From NCBI RefSeq assembly GCF_006345805.1, contig NC_042997.1, positions 15,624,001 to 15,688,000 of the forward strand: DNA of 64,000 nucleotides, read 5' to 3'. The stretch's first letter is position 1. Each line of letters begins with the position of its first letter. Below are positions 51,770 through 63,912 of this stretch, one piece after another. Under the pieces are notes generated by a model. That model searched no databases, was not told where the DNA came from, and saw only the letters and a list, made by a program, of their open reading frames with translations. This stretch comes from Octopus sinensis (taxonomy: Eukaryota). Made by a program: the position numbers and the translations under genes.

Positions 51770-52460
51770 AAAAGGGGGCATAGGTGCACCGTTCAGTGGT
51801 AACACCTGGTGAGACCAGGAGAAATCCAGGCAGAGGCACCCCACAGGACTGGAAGTCTCTCAGTACCTGTGTCACCTGAAGTCCTCAGGAGGGACAACCC
51901 ACCCAATACCACACCAGGGTGCCATTCCCAGCCAGCAAAAGAACGAGTAAAATAGCCCAAGATGGATGAAACAAAGAAATGGCAACAACTGGACCAAGAC
52001 CGCGATATGATTTGGTGATAGATCGATTTGGAACAGCGGACAGACCAAGACCGCGATATGATTTGGTGATAGATCGATTTGGAACAGCGGACAGACCAAG
52101 ACCGCGATATGATTTGGTGATAGATCGATTTGGAACAGCGGACAGACCAAGACCGCGATATGATTTGGTGATAGATCGATTTGGAACAGCGGACAGACCG
52201 GTTACCACAGCAATCGAAAGGAAACTTAGATGAAGAGAAAGAGAGATGCACCGTCTGAGAGGAGAGATCAAGACCCTCAATAAGCAGTATAAGAGGGCCT
52301 CTACTGATGAAAGAGAAGACATCAGGGACTTGACAAGTCAGCTCTGCGAACGTCTGAGAAGGCTTAGAAAGGCAGAAAGCACCCGGAAGCAGAGGAAATA
52401 GGGAGAAATCAAACGAGTGCAATTTGTCAAAATGCCCTAAACTTTCCTGGAAGCCCTGAT
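51770..52460 (+). mobile_element. HERO-like (restriction-endonuclease LINE) fragment upstream of RT
   Basis: KERVK*PKMDETKKWQQLDQD..DRFGT..REREMHRLRGEIKTLNKQYKRASTDERE..RLRKAESTRKQRK matches HERO/R2-like pre-RT sequence (from recall). Contains stops. Confidence 0.65.
51992..52199. repeat. Minisatellite: 4 perfect copies of a 51-bp unit
   Basis: Unit GACCAAGACCGCGATATGATTTGGTGATAGATCGATTTGGAACAGCGGACA, no spacers. Confidence 0.97.
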
Positions 52461-53131
52461 CTATCAATCCTTATCAGTACTCCTCTGCTTGCTTCATAAT
52501 GTTTGTGACATTATTTCTGTCTGACATGCAGCGACCGCTTTTTTCATACCTTCAAATTTTACCTCAAATCTAAATGCAACCTAAATCACACACAGTACAT
52601 TAATCTGAACACCCCTTATGTAATCTCCAGCAACTCTATTTCACTTTCCATTGTCTCTGTTTTTAATTTTTTTACTTTCCAATCTTATTTTTTAATCGCT
52701 TAATAATACATATATCCCAGAAACAGCTGTAAGGCTAGCTTATTCTTTATAAATGTCCTGAAAACTTCACACAACCTTGGGTTTGTTGTCTCATTTTTTT
52801 AAACATATACATGCTCATACAGGAGCCGCATTAGACTCATCACTCGTATTATTATCGAACCGAGAGTTCAACTACGGTCCTTCCGATAGCACTTACATAG
52901 CCTTACCTATATATATATATATATATTATATATATATATATAAGTAATACTAAGCAATAAGGGTTTAGCAACGAGTTGCCTTACCACATACCGAATTTAG
53001 AAATAGCAGTCAAAGGGTTATAGCTATTTCTTCTACTAAAAGGGGAGATCTCAGTAAAAACAGCATTTGGAAGGCACAAACAGGTAAGAGAGAATGAATT
53101 GACTGCAATCTATCATACATTTTTTTAGTTA

Positions 53132-53245
53132 TCCACGGACGTACGTTTCGAAATCAAGTTTTAAGGAAAGCATACGAATTAAATATTAAATATTAAATAA
53201 TAAATAATTCTATCTTACCGAAACTTCTTTTCTCTTCAGCGTAGA
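53132..53245 (-). ncRNA. Canonical type I hammerhead ribozyme (copy 1)
   Basis: Stem I TCTACG/CGTGGA, CTGAAGA, stem II GAAA-AG-AAGTTT/AAACTT-GA-TTTC, GAAA, palindromic helix III ACGTACGT, GUC cleavage after 53138. Confidence 0.88.
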
Positions 53246-53734
53246 ATACTATAATCATAAATGATTATATATTGAATTTTGAGATACCAGAAGGCACCAA
53301 CTCCACTCAGTATCAGAGCGAGCTAGAACCCGCAACTGGTATCACCGAATTCAATTTGTGAATGAAACGATTGTGTCAACAGCCCCTTCCCACCCGCGTG
53401 TAGCCAAAACAAGATGCTGTGGTCATCTACTGAGATAAAATATGGTTATCCGTAATAATGAAGGGTGAAATTAATTAATTTGGAAAAATTATCAATTACA
53501 CCAAGTAGTCTTCGGCATGTAAAAGCCTCATTCGAGGAAAATTTAAGTAATACTAAGCAATAAGGGTTTAGCAACGAGTTGCCTTACCACATACCGAATT
53601 TAGAAATAGCAGTCAAAGGGTTATAGCTATTTCTTCTACTAAAAGGGGAGATCTCAGTAAAAACAGCATTTGGAAGGCACAAACAGGTAAGAGAGAATGA
53701 ATTGACTGCAATCTATCATACATTTTTTTAGTTA

Positions 53735-53848
53735 TCCACGGACGTACGTTTCGAAATCAAGTTTTAAGGAAAGCATACGAATTAAATATTAAATATTAAA
53801 TAATAAATAATTCTATCTTACCGAAACTTCTTTTCTCTTCAGCGTAGA
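53735..53848 (-). ncRNA. Canonical type I hammerhead ribozyme (copy 2)
   Basis: Same as copy 1, offset exactly 603 bp. Confidence 0.88.
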
Positions 53849-54427
53849 ATACTATAATCATAAATGATTATATATTGAATTTTGAGATACCAGAAGGCAC
53901 CAACTCCACTTGGTGTAATTGATAATTTTTCCAAATTAATTAATTTCACCCTTCATTATTACGGATAACCATATTTTATCTCAGTAGATGACCACAGCAT
54001 CTTGTTTTGGCTACACGCGGGTGGGAAGGGGCTGTTGACACAATCGTTTCATTCACAAATTGAATTCGGTGATACCAGTTGCGGGTTCTAGCTCGCTCTG
54101 ATACTGAGTGGAGTTGGTGCCTTCTGGTATTTAATATTTAATATTTAATTCGTATGCTTTCCTTAAAACTTGATTTCGAAACGTACGTCCGTGGATAACT
54201 AAAAAAATGTATGATAGATTGCAGTCAATTCATTCTCTCTTACCTGTTTGTGCCTTCCAAATGCTGTTTTTACTGAGATCTCCCCTTTTAGTAGAAGAAA
54301 TAGCTATAACCCTTTGACTGCTATTTCTAAATTCGGTATGTGGTAAGGCAACTCGTTGCTAAACCCTTATTGCTTAGTATTACTTAAATTTTCCTCGAAT
54401 GAGGCTTTTACATGCCGAAGACTACTT

Positions 54428-54476
<49 letters not shown>

Positions 54477-54561
54477 AAATAATATAAATTAATTAATCTT
54501 ATGTATTGGCTTAAGTTTTTCATTGTATGATTTGCCTAATAGTGGTTTTATCTCTAATTTA

Positions 54562-54606
<45 letters not shown>

Positions 54607-54659
54607 GAAAAAATTAATAGAAATGGTGTTTCTGATAATTTTTTCATTTTAATAATTAG

Positions 54660-54699
<40 letters not shown>

Positions 54700-55293
54700 G
54701 TGTGTACGTCTCTATATGTGTGTCTATATGGGTATATGTATATGTGAGTGTTTGTGTGTGTACGTTTGTAATTAGACAACCCTATCTATACAGTGAATAA
54801 CAAATTCTAAGATATCAGTTTGAAAGCCGCTCTTCAGCGAGAAACTCTTAGAAAGAGTCACCTTTTCTAAATACCTAATAACTTATAAACGGGGAAAAAT
54901 TACCAGAAAGCCATTTCTACTCATTTTTTCAATTATTTAATGCTATACCTACCTACCTACCTACCTACCTACCTACCTACCTACCTACCTACCTACCTAC
55001 CTACCTACCTACCTACCTACCTACCTACCTACCTACCTACCTACCTACCTACCTACCTACCTGCCTGCCTACCTACCTACCTACCTACCTACCTACCTAC
55101 CTACCTACCTACCTGCCTGCCTACCTACCTACCTACCTACCCACCTACCTGCCTACCTGCCTACCTACCTACATACCTACCTACCTATCTACCTACCTAC
55201 CTACCTACCTACCTACATTCATACATACCTACCTTCCATCTTACCTACCTACCTACCTACCTACCTACCTACCTACATACATACATACATACA

Positions 55294-55325
<32 letters not shown>

Positions 55326-55340
55326 CATACATACATACAT

Positions 55341-55890
55341 AGAAGTCATAGCCACAGATAATAAAAACGAGTACTGGTGGGATGTCCCAGTAAAAACCTC
55401 AATAAAATGTAAGCCCAATAGCCCTGATATAATGATTTGGGATAGAGAAGAGAAACTGTGTACAGTTGTGGAAATCAGCTGCCCAGCAGATGTTAACAAA
55501 GCTGAAGATCAGGGAAAAAGAAAAAGTATCTACGCTGAACTATTGAGAAATTTGCAGTTATTCTATCCAGATTACAAGTTCAGGTTTATACCTGTAATTA
55601 TTTGGGCCGTGGGATATGTAACACACTGCCTAAATCTTGAGAAATTGAGCTCCTCAAAACCAGAAAGGAAAAAGCTGGAATTGCAAAAAGTTGTAAAACT
55701 TTCCAGAAATTCATCATTTAAATATATAGGTGCATGTCTAGATATGCATGAAAAGATATACTTAAAACAAATCATACAAATCTACACGTATACATACATA
55801 TCCTGTTGATGTTGAAATTTCAGCCTTGGGCCTAGAAACCGGCTCTTTCTCCATTGGCAAGAAATCTTGACATAAAACTGAATAAAGACA
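55341..55890 (+). mobile_element. R4-clade LINE family 2, 3' fragment
   Basis: NEYWWDVPVKTSIKCKPNSPDIMIWDREEKLCTVVEISCPAD..YAELLRNLQLFYPDYKFRFIPVI (PD-(D/E)xK endonuclease). The 3' boundary is approximate. Confidence 0.8.
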
Positions 55891-55939
55891 TACATATATA
55901 TATATATGAAGATAGGTAAGTAGGTAAATTGGTAGGTAG

Positions 55940-56443
55940 GTATGAATGCATGTCTCTTCTATTTTTTAATTATTATAAATAATCCACTGAGGAGGGAGCC
56001 ACTTTCCAACAAAGATACAAGGCTCCATATTTGGAATGTAGCTAACACAGACAAATTAACATTTGGAACTTGCGAAAAGTCTTGCATATTTTTACTGTTC
56101 CACTCAGAGATTGCATTAGTAATGTACGAATTAGCTGGTCGATTTCTCTTTCTGAAAATCCCAGTTTATCCATATTCTCCTTTAAGCATTTACTAAAAAA
56201 ACCAAGTGCTTCAATTATTGGTATGAATATGAATTCATAGTCTGGATATAGAAGCTGGAGGTTCCGAAGCAATTGTCCATAAATATCCTCTTATACTTTG
56301 ATTTTCGAAATGCTATTTATATCTGCAGGGTAGTTGATCTCTATGATGGTACATACTTTTGCCCCTATGTCCCAAACAACAATATCCGGCCTATTACATT
56401 TGACAGAAATTTTGATGGGGATATTCTTCCAGTATTCCTTGAG
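55940..56443 (-). mobile_element. R4-clade LINE family 2, 3' fragment, convergent with the previous copy
   Basis: KEYWKNIPIK..NRPDIVVWD..LRNLQLLYPDYEFIFIPIIEALG..SGTVKICKTF. The 3' UTR matches 31200-31290. Confidence 0.8.
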
Positions 56444-56945
56444 TATGTATGTATGTATGTATGTATGTATGTATGTATGTATGTATGTATGTATCTATGT
56501 ATGCATGTATGCATGCATATATGTACGTATCGTATGGTCAATCATTCAGTCAGCTAGGTTTGACAAACCTGAAGCAGACCTGGACTAGAGAAGACATATC
56601 ATCGATGAGGTCGCGATGACGACGAAAGGACTTCGACAAACTTAGCAGATTGATTGATTGATTGACTAAATGTTTGATTGAACCATCGAATTTGTTAAAT
56701 GTTAAACAAATAATAATAATAATAATAATAATAATAATCTCAAGTTTTAAAACAAACATAATTTTCTTATGTTTTTTTAAAGCATTCACTAGTACAACAC
56801 TAAGTACAAAACCAAATATATGGCACCGTAGGCATAACACCAGCATGAACTTCTAACGTGTTGTCTCTTGAGGTCTCTGGGTGAGACTTGGAACCAACTT
56901 GTACAAATGTAAAGCAAAAGTCAAACATATAATAAAATAATAATG

Positions 56946-57003
<58 letters not shown>

Positions 57004-57044
57004 GAAGAAGAAGAAGAAGAAGAAGAAGAAACAGAAGAAGAAGA

Positions 57045-58832
57045 AGAAGAGGAATATTCCAGGGAGACACGCTCTCTCCACTCCTTTTCTGCTTGGCACT
57101 GTCACCTCTATCTGATATGCTAAATAGAACTGGATGCGGATATAAATGTTACGGCAAAACGATCAGCCACCTTTTATATATGGATGACCTAAAACTATAC
57201 GCTGCAAATGACAAACAGCTGGAAACACTATTAAAGACAGTTCATGGATTTACCAAAGAAATAGATATGAAATTTGGATTAGAAAAATGCGCCAAAGTAA
57301 CCATGAAAAGAGGAAAACTAGTTAAGAGTAACAACGTCACACTAGATAAAACCAATGAAATAAAAGAATTAGACCAAAGCCAAACTTACAAATACTTAGG
57401 AATCCATGAACTAGATAAGACACAACACACACAAATGAAAGAGAAAATAAAAAAGAATATTATAGACGAGTTAGATCAATACTAAAAACAGAGCTCAATG
57501 CTAAAAACAAGATAATAGGTATCAACACTTTAGCTGTCCCAGTTATAAGTTACAGCTACAATATCCTTAACTGGACACGAAATGAACTGTCCAAAATAGA
57601 TAGGAAAACAAGAAAAATACTGACAGGATCTAGGATGCATCACCCAAAATCTGACATAGAAAGACTATATATACAACGTATAGAAGGTGGTAGAGGCCTT
57701 ATACAGCTGGAAAACTACTATAAAATAACCACCATAGGACTGCAAAAATATCTACTTCAAAAGGAAGGAAAACTGATCCAGATAGCAGCAAAACACGAGC
57801 AAAACAAAAACCTGTTCTCAGTATTTAAGGAAGCTGACAAATACAAACAAGAAATCATACCACCTAATAAACACGAAGAAGAAGAAGAAGATGATGAAGA
57901 AACAACAAAAGCTATAAAACAAATGAAATCCAAACTAAAAATAGAACAGCAACGAACCATGATAAAACGATGGCAAGAAAAGCCCCTTCATGGTAAATAC
58001 TGCACTAAACTAAACGCAAAAGAAATAGACAAAGAAAAATCCCAGCAATGGTTGAGAAGCTCAGGACTCAAAGCAGAGACAGAGGGATTTTTAATTGCAG
58101 CACAAGACCAAAGCCTCCCCACCAGAAATTACCAAAAACATGTAATGAAAAGAAATATTACAAGTAACTGCAGAATATGTGGAGATGGACAAGAAACAAT
58201 AAATCATATTATCTCTAGCTGCCCAGTCCTGGCTAAGAAGGAATATATTCACAGACATGACAGAGTTGGAACCTACATACATTGGAAGCTATGCCAACAT
58301 TATGGAATAACAACAGAAAAAAGATGGTATAGGCACACACCAGAAAAGGTCACAGAAAACGAGAAAGCAACCATACTCTGGGATATGCCGATACACACAG
58401 ATAGAGAAATTAAGGCCAACAGACCAGATATAGTTGTCAGAGATCATGAAGGAAAAAAATGCTTTCTAATTGATGTATCAATACCGGCAGATGACAACGT
58501 GTCTCTAAAAGAAATGGAGAAACTCTCAAAATACAAAGACCTGGAAATAGAGGTAACTAGAATGTGGAATCTGAAAACAGAAACAATTCCTATCATAGTA
58601 GGTGCATTAGGCATGATAAAAAAATATTCAGACAAATACATAACAAAAACACCCGGACTTACAAACACATATAACATACAGAAAATTGCACTACTAGGCA
58701 CTGCACACATCCTACGCAGAACACTTTCCATACAATAACCATCAGAGCATCACAACAAATCACAGCACATACCCAAGGCACACAGAGCTGCGCTCGGTAG
58801 TGAAGTGAAAGCACGCTATAAAAATAAAACTA

Positions 58833-58835
<3 letters not shown>
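57045..58835 (+). mobile_element. Dong/R4-clade non-LTR retrotransposon, 5'-truncated, young
   Basis: RT (RGIFQGDTLSPLLF, YMDDLK), CCHC knuckle (CRIC..HIISSC) and endonuclease (RPD..IDVS..KLSKY). One frameshift in the A-run at 57449-57454. (AAT)n on both flanks, the known Dong target. Confidence 0.95.
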
Positions 58836-58911
<76 letters not shown>

Positions 58912-59154
58912 GAATTGAATTAGAGCTAGTACATGTGTTTATCACTGGCATAACGACCCGCCTGAGATACAACAAATTATATTTCTACTCAGGAGTTCTC
59001 ATTACGGACCTTGCTAACGAAATGTAAAAACGGTCTATAGATGTGTGTATATTTGTGTGAACATGCACATGTATGTATAAAGAAATATACGTGTGTGTGT
59101 GTGTCTGTGCGCGTGCGCATGTGTATGTATGCATGTATGTATATTATATATTTT

Positions 59155-59520
59155 ATCTTTTACTTGTTTCAGTGATTAGACTGCGGCCATGCTGGGGCAC
59201 CGCCTTGAAAAACTTTACTTGAACTAATCGACCTAGGATTTATTATTATCAAGCCTGGTGCTTATTGTATCGGTCTCTTTTGCGAAACCGCTAATTTACG
59301 GTGACGTAAACACACCAGTACCGGTTGTCAAGAAGTGTTGGAGGACAAAGACAAAGATATAAATACACACACACACACACACATATATATATATGGGTTT
59401 CTTTCAGTTTCCATCTACCAAATCCATTCACAAGGATTTGGTCAGCCCGAGGCTATAGTAAAAGATACTTGCTCAAGGTACCAGGCAGTGGGACTGAACT
59501 CAGAACCATGTGATTAGAAA
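59155..59520 (-). mobile_element. SINE-B, 5'-truncated
   Basis: Tail, (CA)n(TA)n linker and partial head. Confidence 0.85.
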
Positions 59521-59543
59521 CCTTGAAGACTGGTTGCAGCCTA

Positions 59544-59624
<81 letters not shown>

Positions 59625-59678
59625 GTTTGCAGAAACATACATCTTCACATATGTACACACACACACACACACGCACAC

Positions 59679-59710
<32 letters not shown>

Positions 59711-59806
59711 CTGTAAAGCTACGTAAGTTATCCAAGGGCTTTGTATTTTATGCATTCCACTCATCCAAACGTAAGATTGAAATCTTTTTAGTTTTGATGT
59801 AGCTCT

Positions 59807-59852
<46 letters not shown>

Positions 59853-61037
59853 ACATACACACACACATACTTGCATACATATTGATAGACTAAGAAAGAC
59901 AAAGTGAGAGATAGGGAGAAAGGGAAGAGGGTGAGAGAGAGAGGAGGGAGAGAAACAACTGTAATTAAATTTTAGAGAAAATTTCTTAAATGCAATGTTG
60001 GTATGATTCGATAACACCACAAGTTAACACGCCATTGTAAAAGTAATGATTTTTGTTAACGGAGACACAAGTCCATCGAAACCGGGTCGAGGGTGAATGT
60101 TCGATTAAGCCGCCATTAATACTTTGCTAATATTTATTTTATACACTCCTGCGAGATAGATACTCCGAATGTAAACAGCTGTAACTAAGCACCACGAAGA
60201 ATTTTGTTCAGTGTTTTCTTTCTTTGTTTAACTCTTTCAGTTTTTTTCTCCTTCTTTTGTTCGTTTTTATTTTCTTTCACTTTCAGCATTCATCAATAAC
60301 AGAGTTCAATGTCCGACAATGAGCTGAAGTACAAAAATAATGTAGCTTATCAGATACTTGTGGTGGTCTAAGTTGCAGGAACGGTTGTGTTTTATAAGGT
60401 TCGTGACTTAACGATTTTATAAAAATATGAGTTATTTCCTGCATGAGGCATATCATATTCAATGCATGTTATTATACATCCTGTGTGAGATATATAATAC
60501 AATGAATAATATATCACCTCCCTCATCGAATATAATTACATTCTTTTAGGATATATCTTTAAGAATATTTTTCATCTATAAATGCATCTCCTACATCATC
60601 AATTTCACTACTACACACACACGCACGCGTAGTCGATTTGCTCGACTGAAGGCGGTGCTCCAGCATGGCCGCAGTCAAATGAATGAAACAAGTAAAAAGA
60701 GTTACAATGTTTCCCTCTTTCAGTTTTTTCTCTCCTCTCAGCGACGACCAGTACACTTTCTGTTCAGCCAGGTATATCGGAGGTCTCAAATGAAAGTAAT
60801 ATTTTTGCCGCTGTCAGGAATAAAGATTTCGACTCGCTCTTTTCTATTCAGAGCTTACAATTGCCTTCTTCTATAATTTTGTGGTCTTTAGCCCCACAAA
60901 ACAATTCAGTGAAACGACGGTAAAATATGGTATAGTAGGGTACGGATTCACTGGTTGATAAGTGATTTGATGACTATCCATAGCATAACAAGAACATTCT
61001 CGATACAATTAGTCATCTACATTCAATAAACTATCTA

Positions 61038-61568
61038 TCTATCCACTCAGTCGAAGTCGACTCTCGGTTACTCGATGAATCAGTGTTCTCCAGCCAGTTC
61101 TATCCTGGGTCGCTTTTTTTCAGATTGGCTATGGCCATTCCCGTGTCACTCTTAATGGTGTCATCCAGCGGGTTCTTGGTCGGCCTCTTCCTCTCTTGCT
61201 ACAGACCAATCCGTGCATGATGTCCTTCTCCAGGGATTTTCTCAGCATAATATGACCGAAATATGCCAATCTATGCTTGGTGATCCTAGCTTCTAGCGAC
61301 ATTTTCGGCCTGATCTGCTTAAGAACTTCTCCATTGGTGAGCCCTGCTGTCCATGGAATCCGTAAAAGTCTTCTCCAACACCAAAGCTCGAATGCATTAA
61401 TTCTCAGCTTTCATTAGTGTCAGCTTTCATTAGTGTCCAGGTCTCGCATCCATATGCTGCTACTGAGAAGACGATTGCATTCACCAATCTGCATTTGGTA
61501 GCGAGGCTGATGTCTATACTCTTCCAGACCTTGCTCATGCTGACCATTGCCTCTCTGCCTAGTAAACA
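61038..61568 (-). mobile_element. RTE (BovB-like) LINE 3' fragment, second family
   Basis: LLGREAMVSMSKVWKSIDISLATKCRLVNAIVFSVAAYGCETWTL..AFELWCWRRLLRIPW..YFGHI..RGRPRTR. 16-bp internal duplication near 61406-61437. Confidence 0.9.
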
Positions 61569-61694
61569 GTATATATGAATACATACATGCAATATATATG
61601 AATACATACATACATATATACACACTCACACATATATACTTAATAATTAGGAATTAAATTAATACACACGTGCGTACACTAAGGTGCGTACATT

Positions 61695-61812
61695 AAGGTT
61701 ACGCGTGTCTGGTCTGTGGAGTGCTCAATAACTTGCACTTTGATTTTACAAGCAGGCCGTTCCGTTGAACGGATCAACTGGCGCCCTCGTCGTCGTAACC
61801 GACGGAGCGCCA
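61695..61812 (+). mobile_element. SINE-C tail fragment
   Basis: GTCTGTGGAGTGCTC..GTCGTCGTAACCGACGGAG. Confidence 0.8.
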
Positions 61813-61920
61813 ATATATTACTGCCGAATCAGGTACTATATATCAATGCTCACTTACATAAATATTTACACAAAGACATCAACTAATACATGAAATAAAG
61901 ACATGTATTTGTATATTTTT

Positions 61921-62340
61921 GCAGGAGTGGCTGTGTGGTAAGTAGCTTGCTTACCAACCACATGGTTCCGAGTTCAGTCCCGTTGCGTGGCATCTTGGGC
62001 AAGTGTCTTCTACTATAGCCTCGCGCCGACCAAAGCCTTGGAAGGGGATTTGGTAGACGGAATCTGAAAGAAGCCCGTCGTATATATGTATATATATGTA
62101 TGTATATATGTGTGTGTTTGTGTGTCTGTGTTTGTGCCCCCCCCCAACATCGCTTGACAACCGATGGTAGTGTGTTTATGAACCGTAACTTAGCGGTTCG
62201 GCAAAAGCGACCGATAGAATAAGTACTAGGCTTACAAAGAAAAAAGTCTTGGGGTCGATTTGTTCGACTAAAAAGCGGTGCTCCAGCATGGCCGCAGTGA
62301 AATGACTGAAACAAGTAAAAGAGTAAAAAGAGTAAAGAGA
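61921..62340 (+). mobile_element. SINE-B, full length
   Basis: Complete head, linker and tail. Confidence 0.92.
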
Positions 62341-62817
62341 TGATACACAGACACGCCCTCTCACACACGCATACGCACACACACACATACTGAGATAGAG
62401 AGAGAGAGAGAGAGAGAAATAGACTGCCAGACAAAGACAGAGACATAGACAACGAGAGTGACGTGCATCATTACACATGCATACATGATCAACTTATACG
62501 GTAAGATATCTGGCCACATTGTTGTAGAGCAGATTTGAATAAACTGAGAAATAGGTAAAACTGAAACAGCTATGAGTCTACCAATAGTAGTAACAGAGGC
62601 AGTAGTAGCAACAGCAACTGCTGCAACAGCAGACGATGTAATAGTAGTATGAGAAAAGAACGAAGAAGAATGATTAGAAGAATAAGAAAGGAGTTTGTGC
62701 ACTTGTTGGGTCACTGCTCGGGTGTATTGTGAATTCATTTTAGATCTACATATAAGTACGTCTTTGCTGGTAGATGTTATATATATGTGCATATATATAT
62801 ATATACATACATACATA

Positions 62818-62850
<33 letters not shown>

Positions 62851-62992
62851 TTACGGAGATGTACTTGCATAGCGAGTGACTTGATCTGAGATCGTGTGCT
62901 GGAACGAAAGCAATTGCAGCGTGGAAGGTGTTTATAAGCCATTTAAGAAACACACAAAACCGTTAGATTCACTTCAACATTTAAATTTAATA

Positions 62993-63039
62993 TGTCAAAA
63001 TATTTTCGTCGCTTTGAGACCGCGACCTGTTCACTGACA
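62993..63039 (-). ncRNA. Type I hammerhead with compensatory G3-C8 core (GUGAACA)
   Basis: TGTCA GTGAACA G GTCGC-GGTCTCAAA-GCGAC GAAA ATATT T TGACA, inside a ~215-nt element (62850-63066) between (TA)n tracts. Confidence 0.7.
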
Positions 63040-63062
63040 AAGCTTCGTGCTCCAGCTTATGT

Positions 63063-63132
<70 letters not shown>

Positions 63133-63423
63133 TGTATAATATACATATATATATTATATAAATATATGCATATTTACATAAATATATGTACATACCTACA
63201 TATATATGTATATATACATGCATATATGGGTACAGGACATAAAAAACGTTGAACACAATGACAAACGAAACCATAAAAACAAGAACATAGAAAACGAACT
63301 TTTTTCGAACAACGAAAAAAACAGAGAAACGAGACCTGCAACAAAAAGAATATTCCTCTTCATCAGTTGTCCCTGTTTCATCTATTCCGAGTATCGAAGA
63401 TAAGGAGATATATATGTAAATAT

Positions 63424-63468
<45 letters not shown>

Positions 63469-63865
63469 GGTATGTATGTACAGATATATATATATGTATA
63501 TATATACAAGTATACAAACATACATGCATACATGCAAGCATGTATATGTATGTTCCGATTCTCTGCATTCTCAGTTCAGTCCCGTGCCAATCAATCTTCT
63601 CATTCATGCTTTCGGGCTCGTTAAGAAAAGTAACAACCTAAAGTGTTATGTGTATATATATACACATATTTTTTTTCACTGTATTGTGTATTTCTTTCTT
63701 TTAGTATCTGATATTTGTCATGGATCTTCTATATGTATGAAGCTGTAGATCTTAATTTGCTGTTTATTTATATGAAGACGAAGAAATCTTGCAAAACAGA
63801 GTTTATTTTAACGAGATATCTATTGAAATCACCCGAGGACACACATCTACACCGATACTCATTAT

Positions 63866-63912
63866 TCCACCCGTGAGGGATCGATGCTAGATGGGTCGAA
63901 ACGATTGCAGCG
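63866..63912 (+). ncRNA. Degenerate hammerhead-like motif in a PLE-like tail
   Basis: CCG[A]TGA GG GATC..GGTC GAAA CGATTGC, followed by AATAAAGATT and (TA)n. The core lacks A6 and stem I is unpaired. Confidence 0.3.

Larger units (their letters stand above)
52941..54430 (-). mobile_element. 603-bp HHR-bearing unit in tandem (1.6 copies) plus rearranged inverted copy, bounded by (TA)n; retrozyme/PLE pseudo-LTR-like
   Basis: 52941-53543 is repeated at 53544-53910. 53908-54130 is the reverse complement of 53284-53506, and 54128-54430 of 53500-53802. Confidence 0.9.

Noticed and set aside
51992-52199. CRISPR-like array
   Set aside because: The tandem units are contiguous with no spacers, there are no cas genes, and the context is eukaryotic.
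56602-56636. HHR-like TCGATGA G GTCG..CGAC GAAA
   Set aside because: Stem II and GAAA fit, but the core is altered and stem I does not pair. Counted only as decayed.
60342-60353. TAGCTTATCAGA, matching the 5' end of miR-21
   Set aside because: Only 12 nt, with no precursor hairpin; miR-21 is a vertebrate family.
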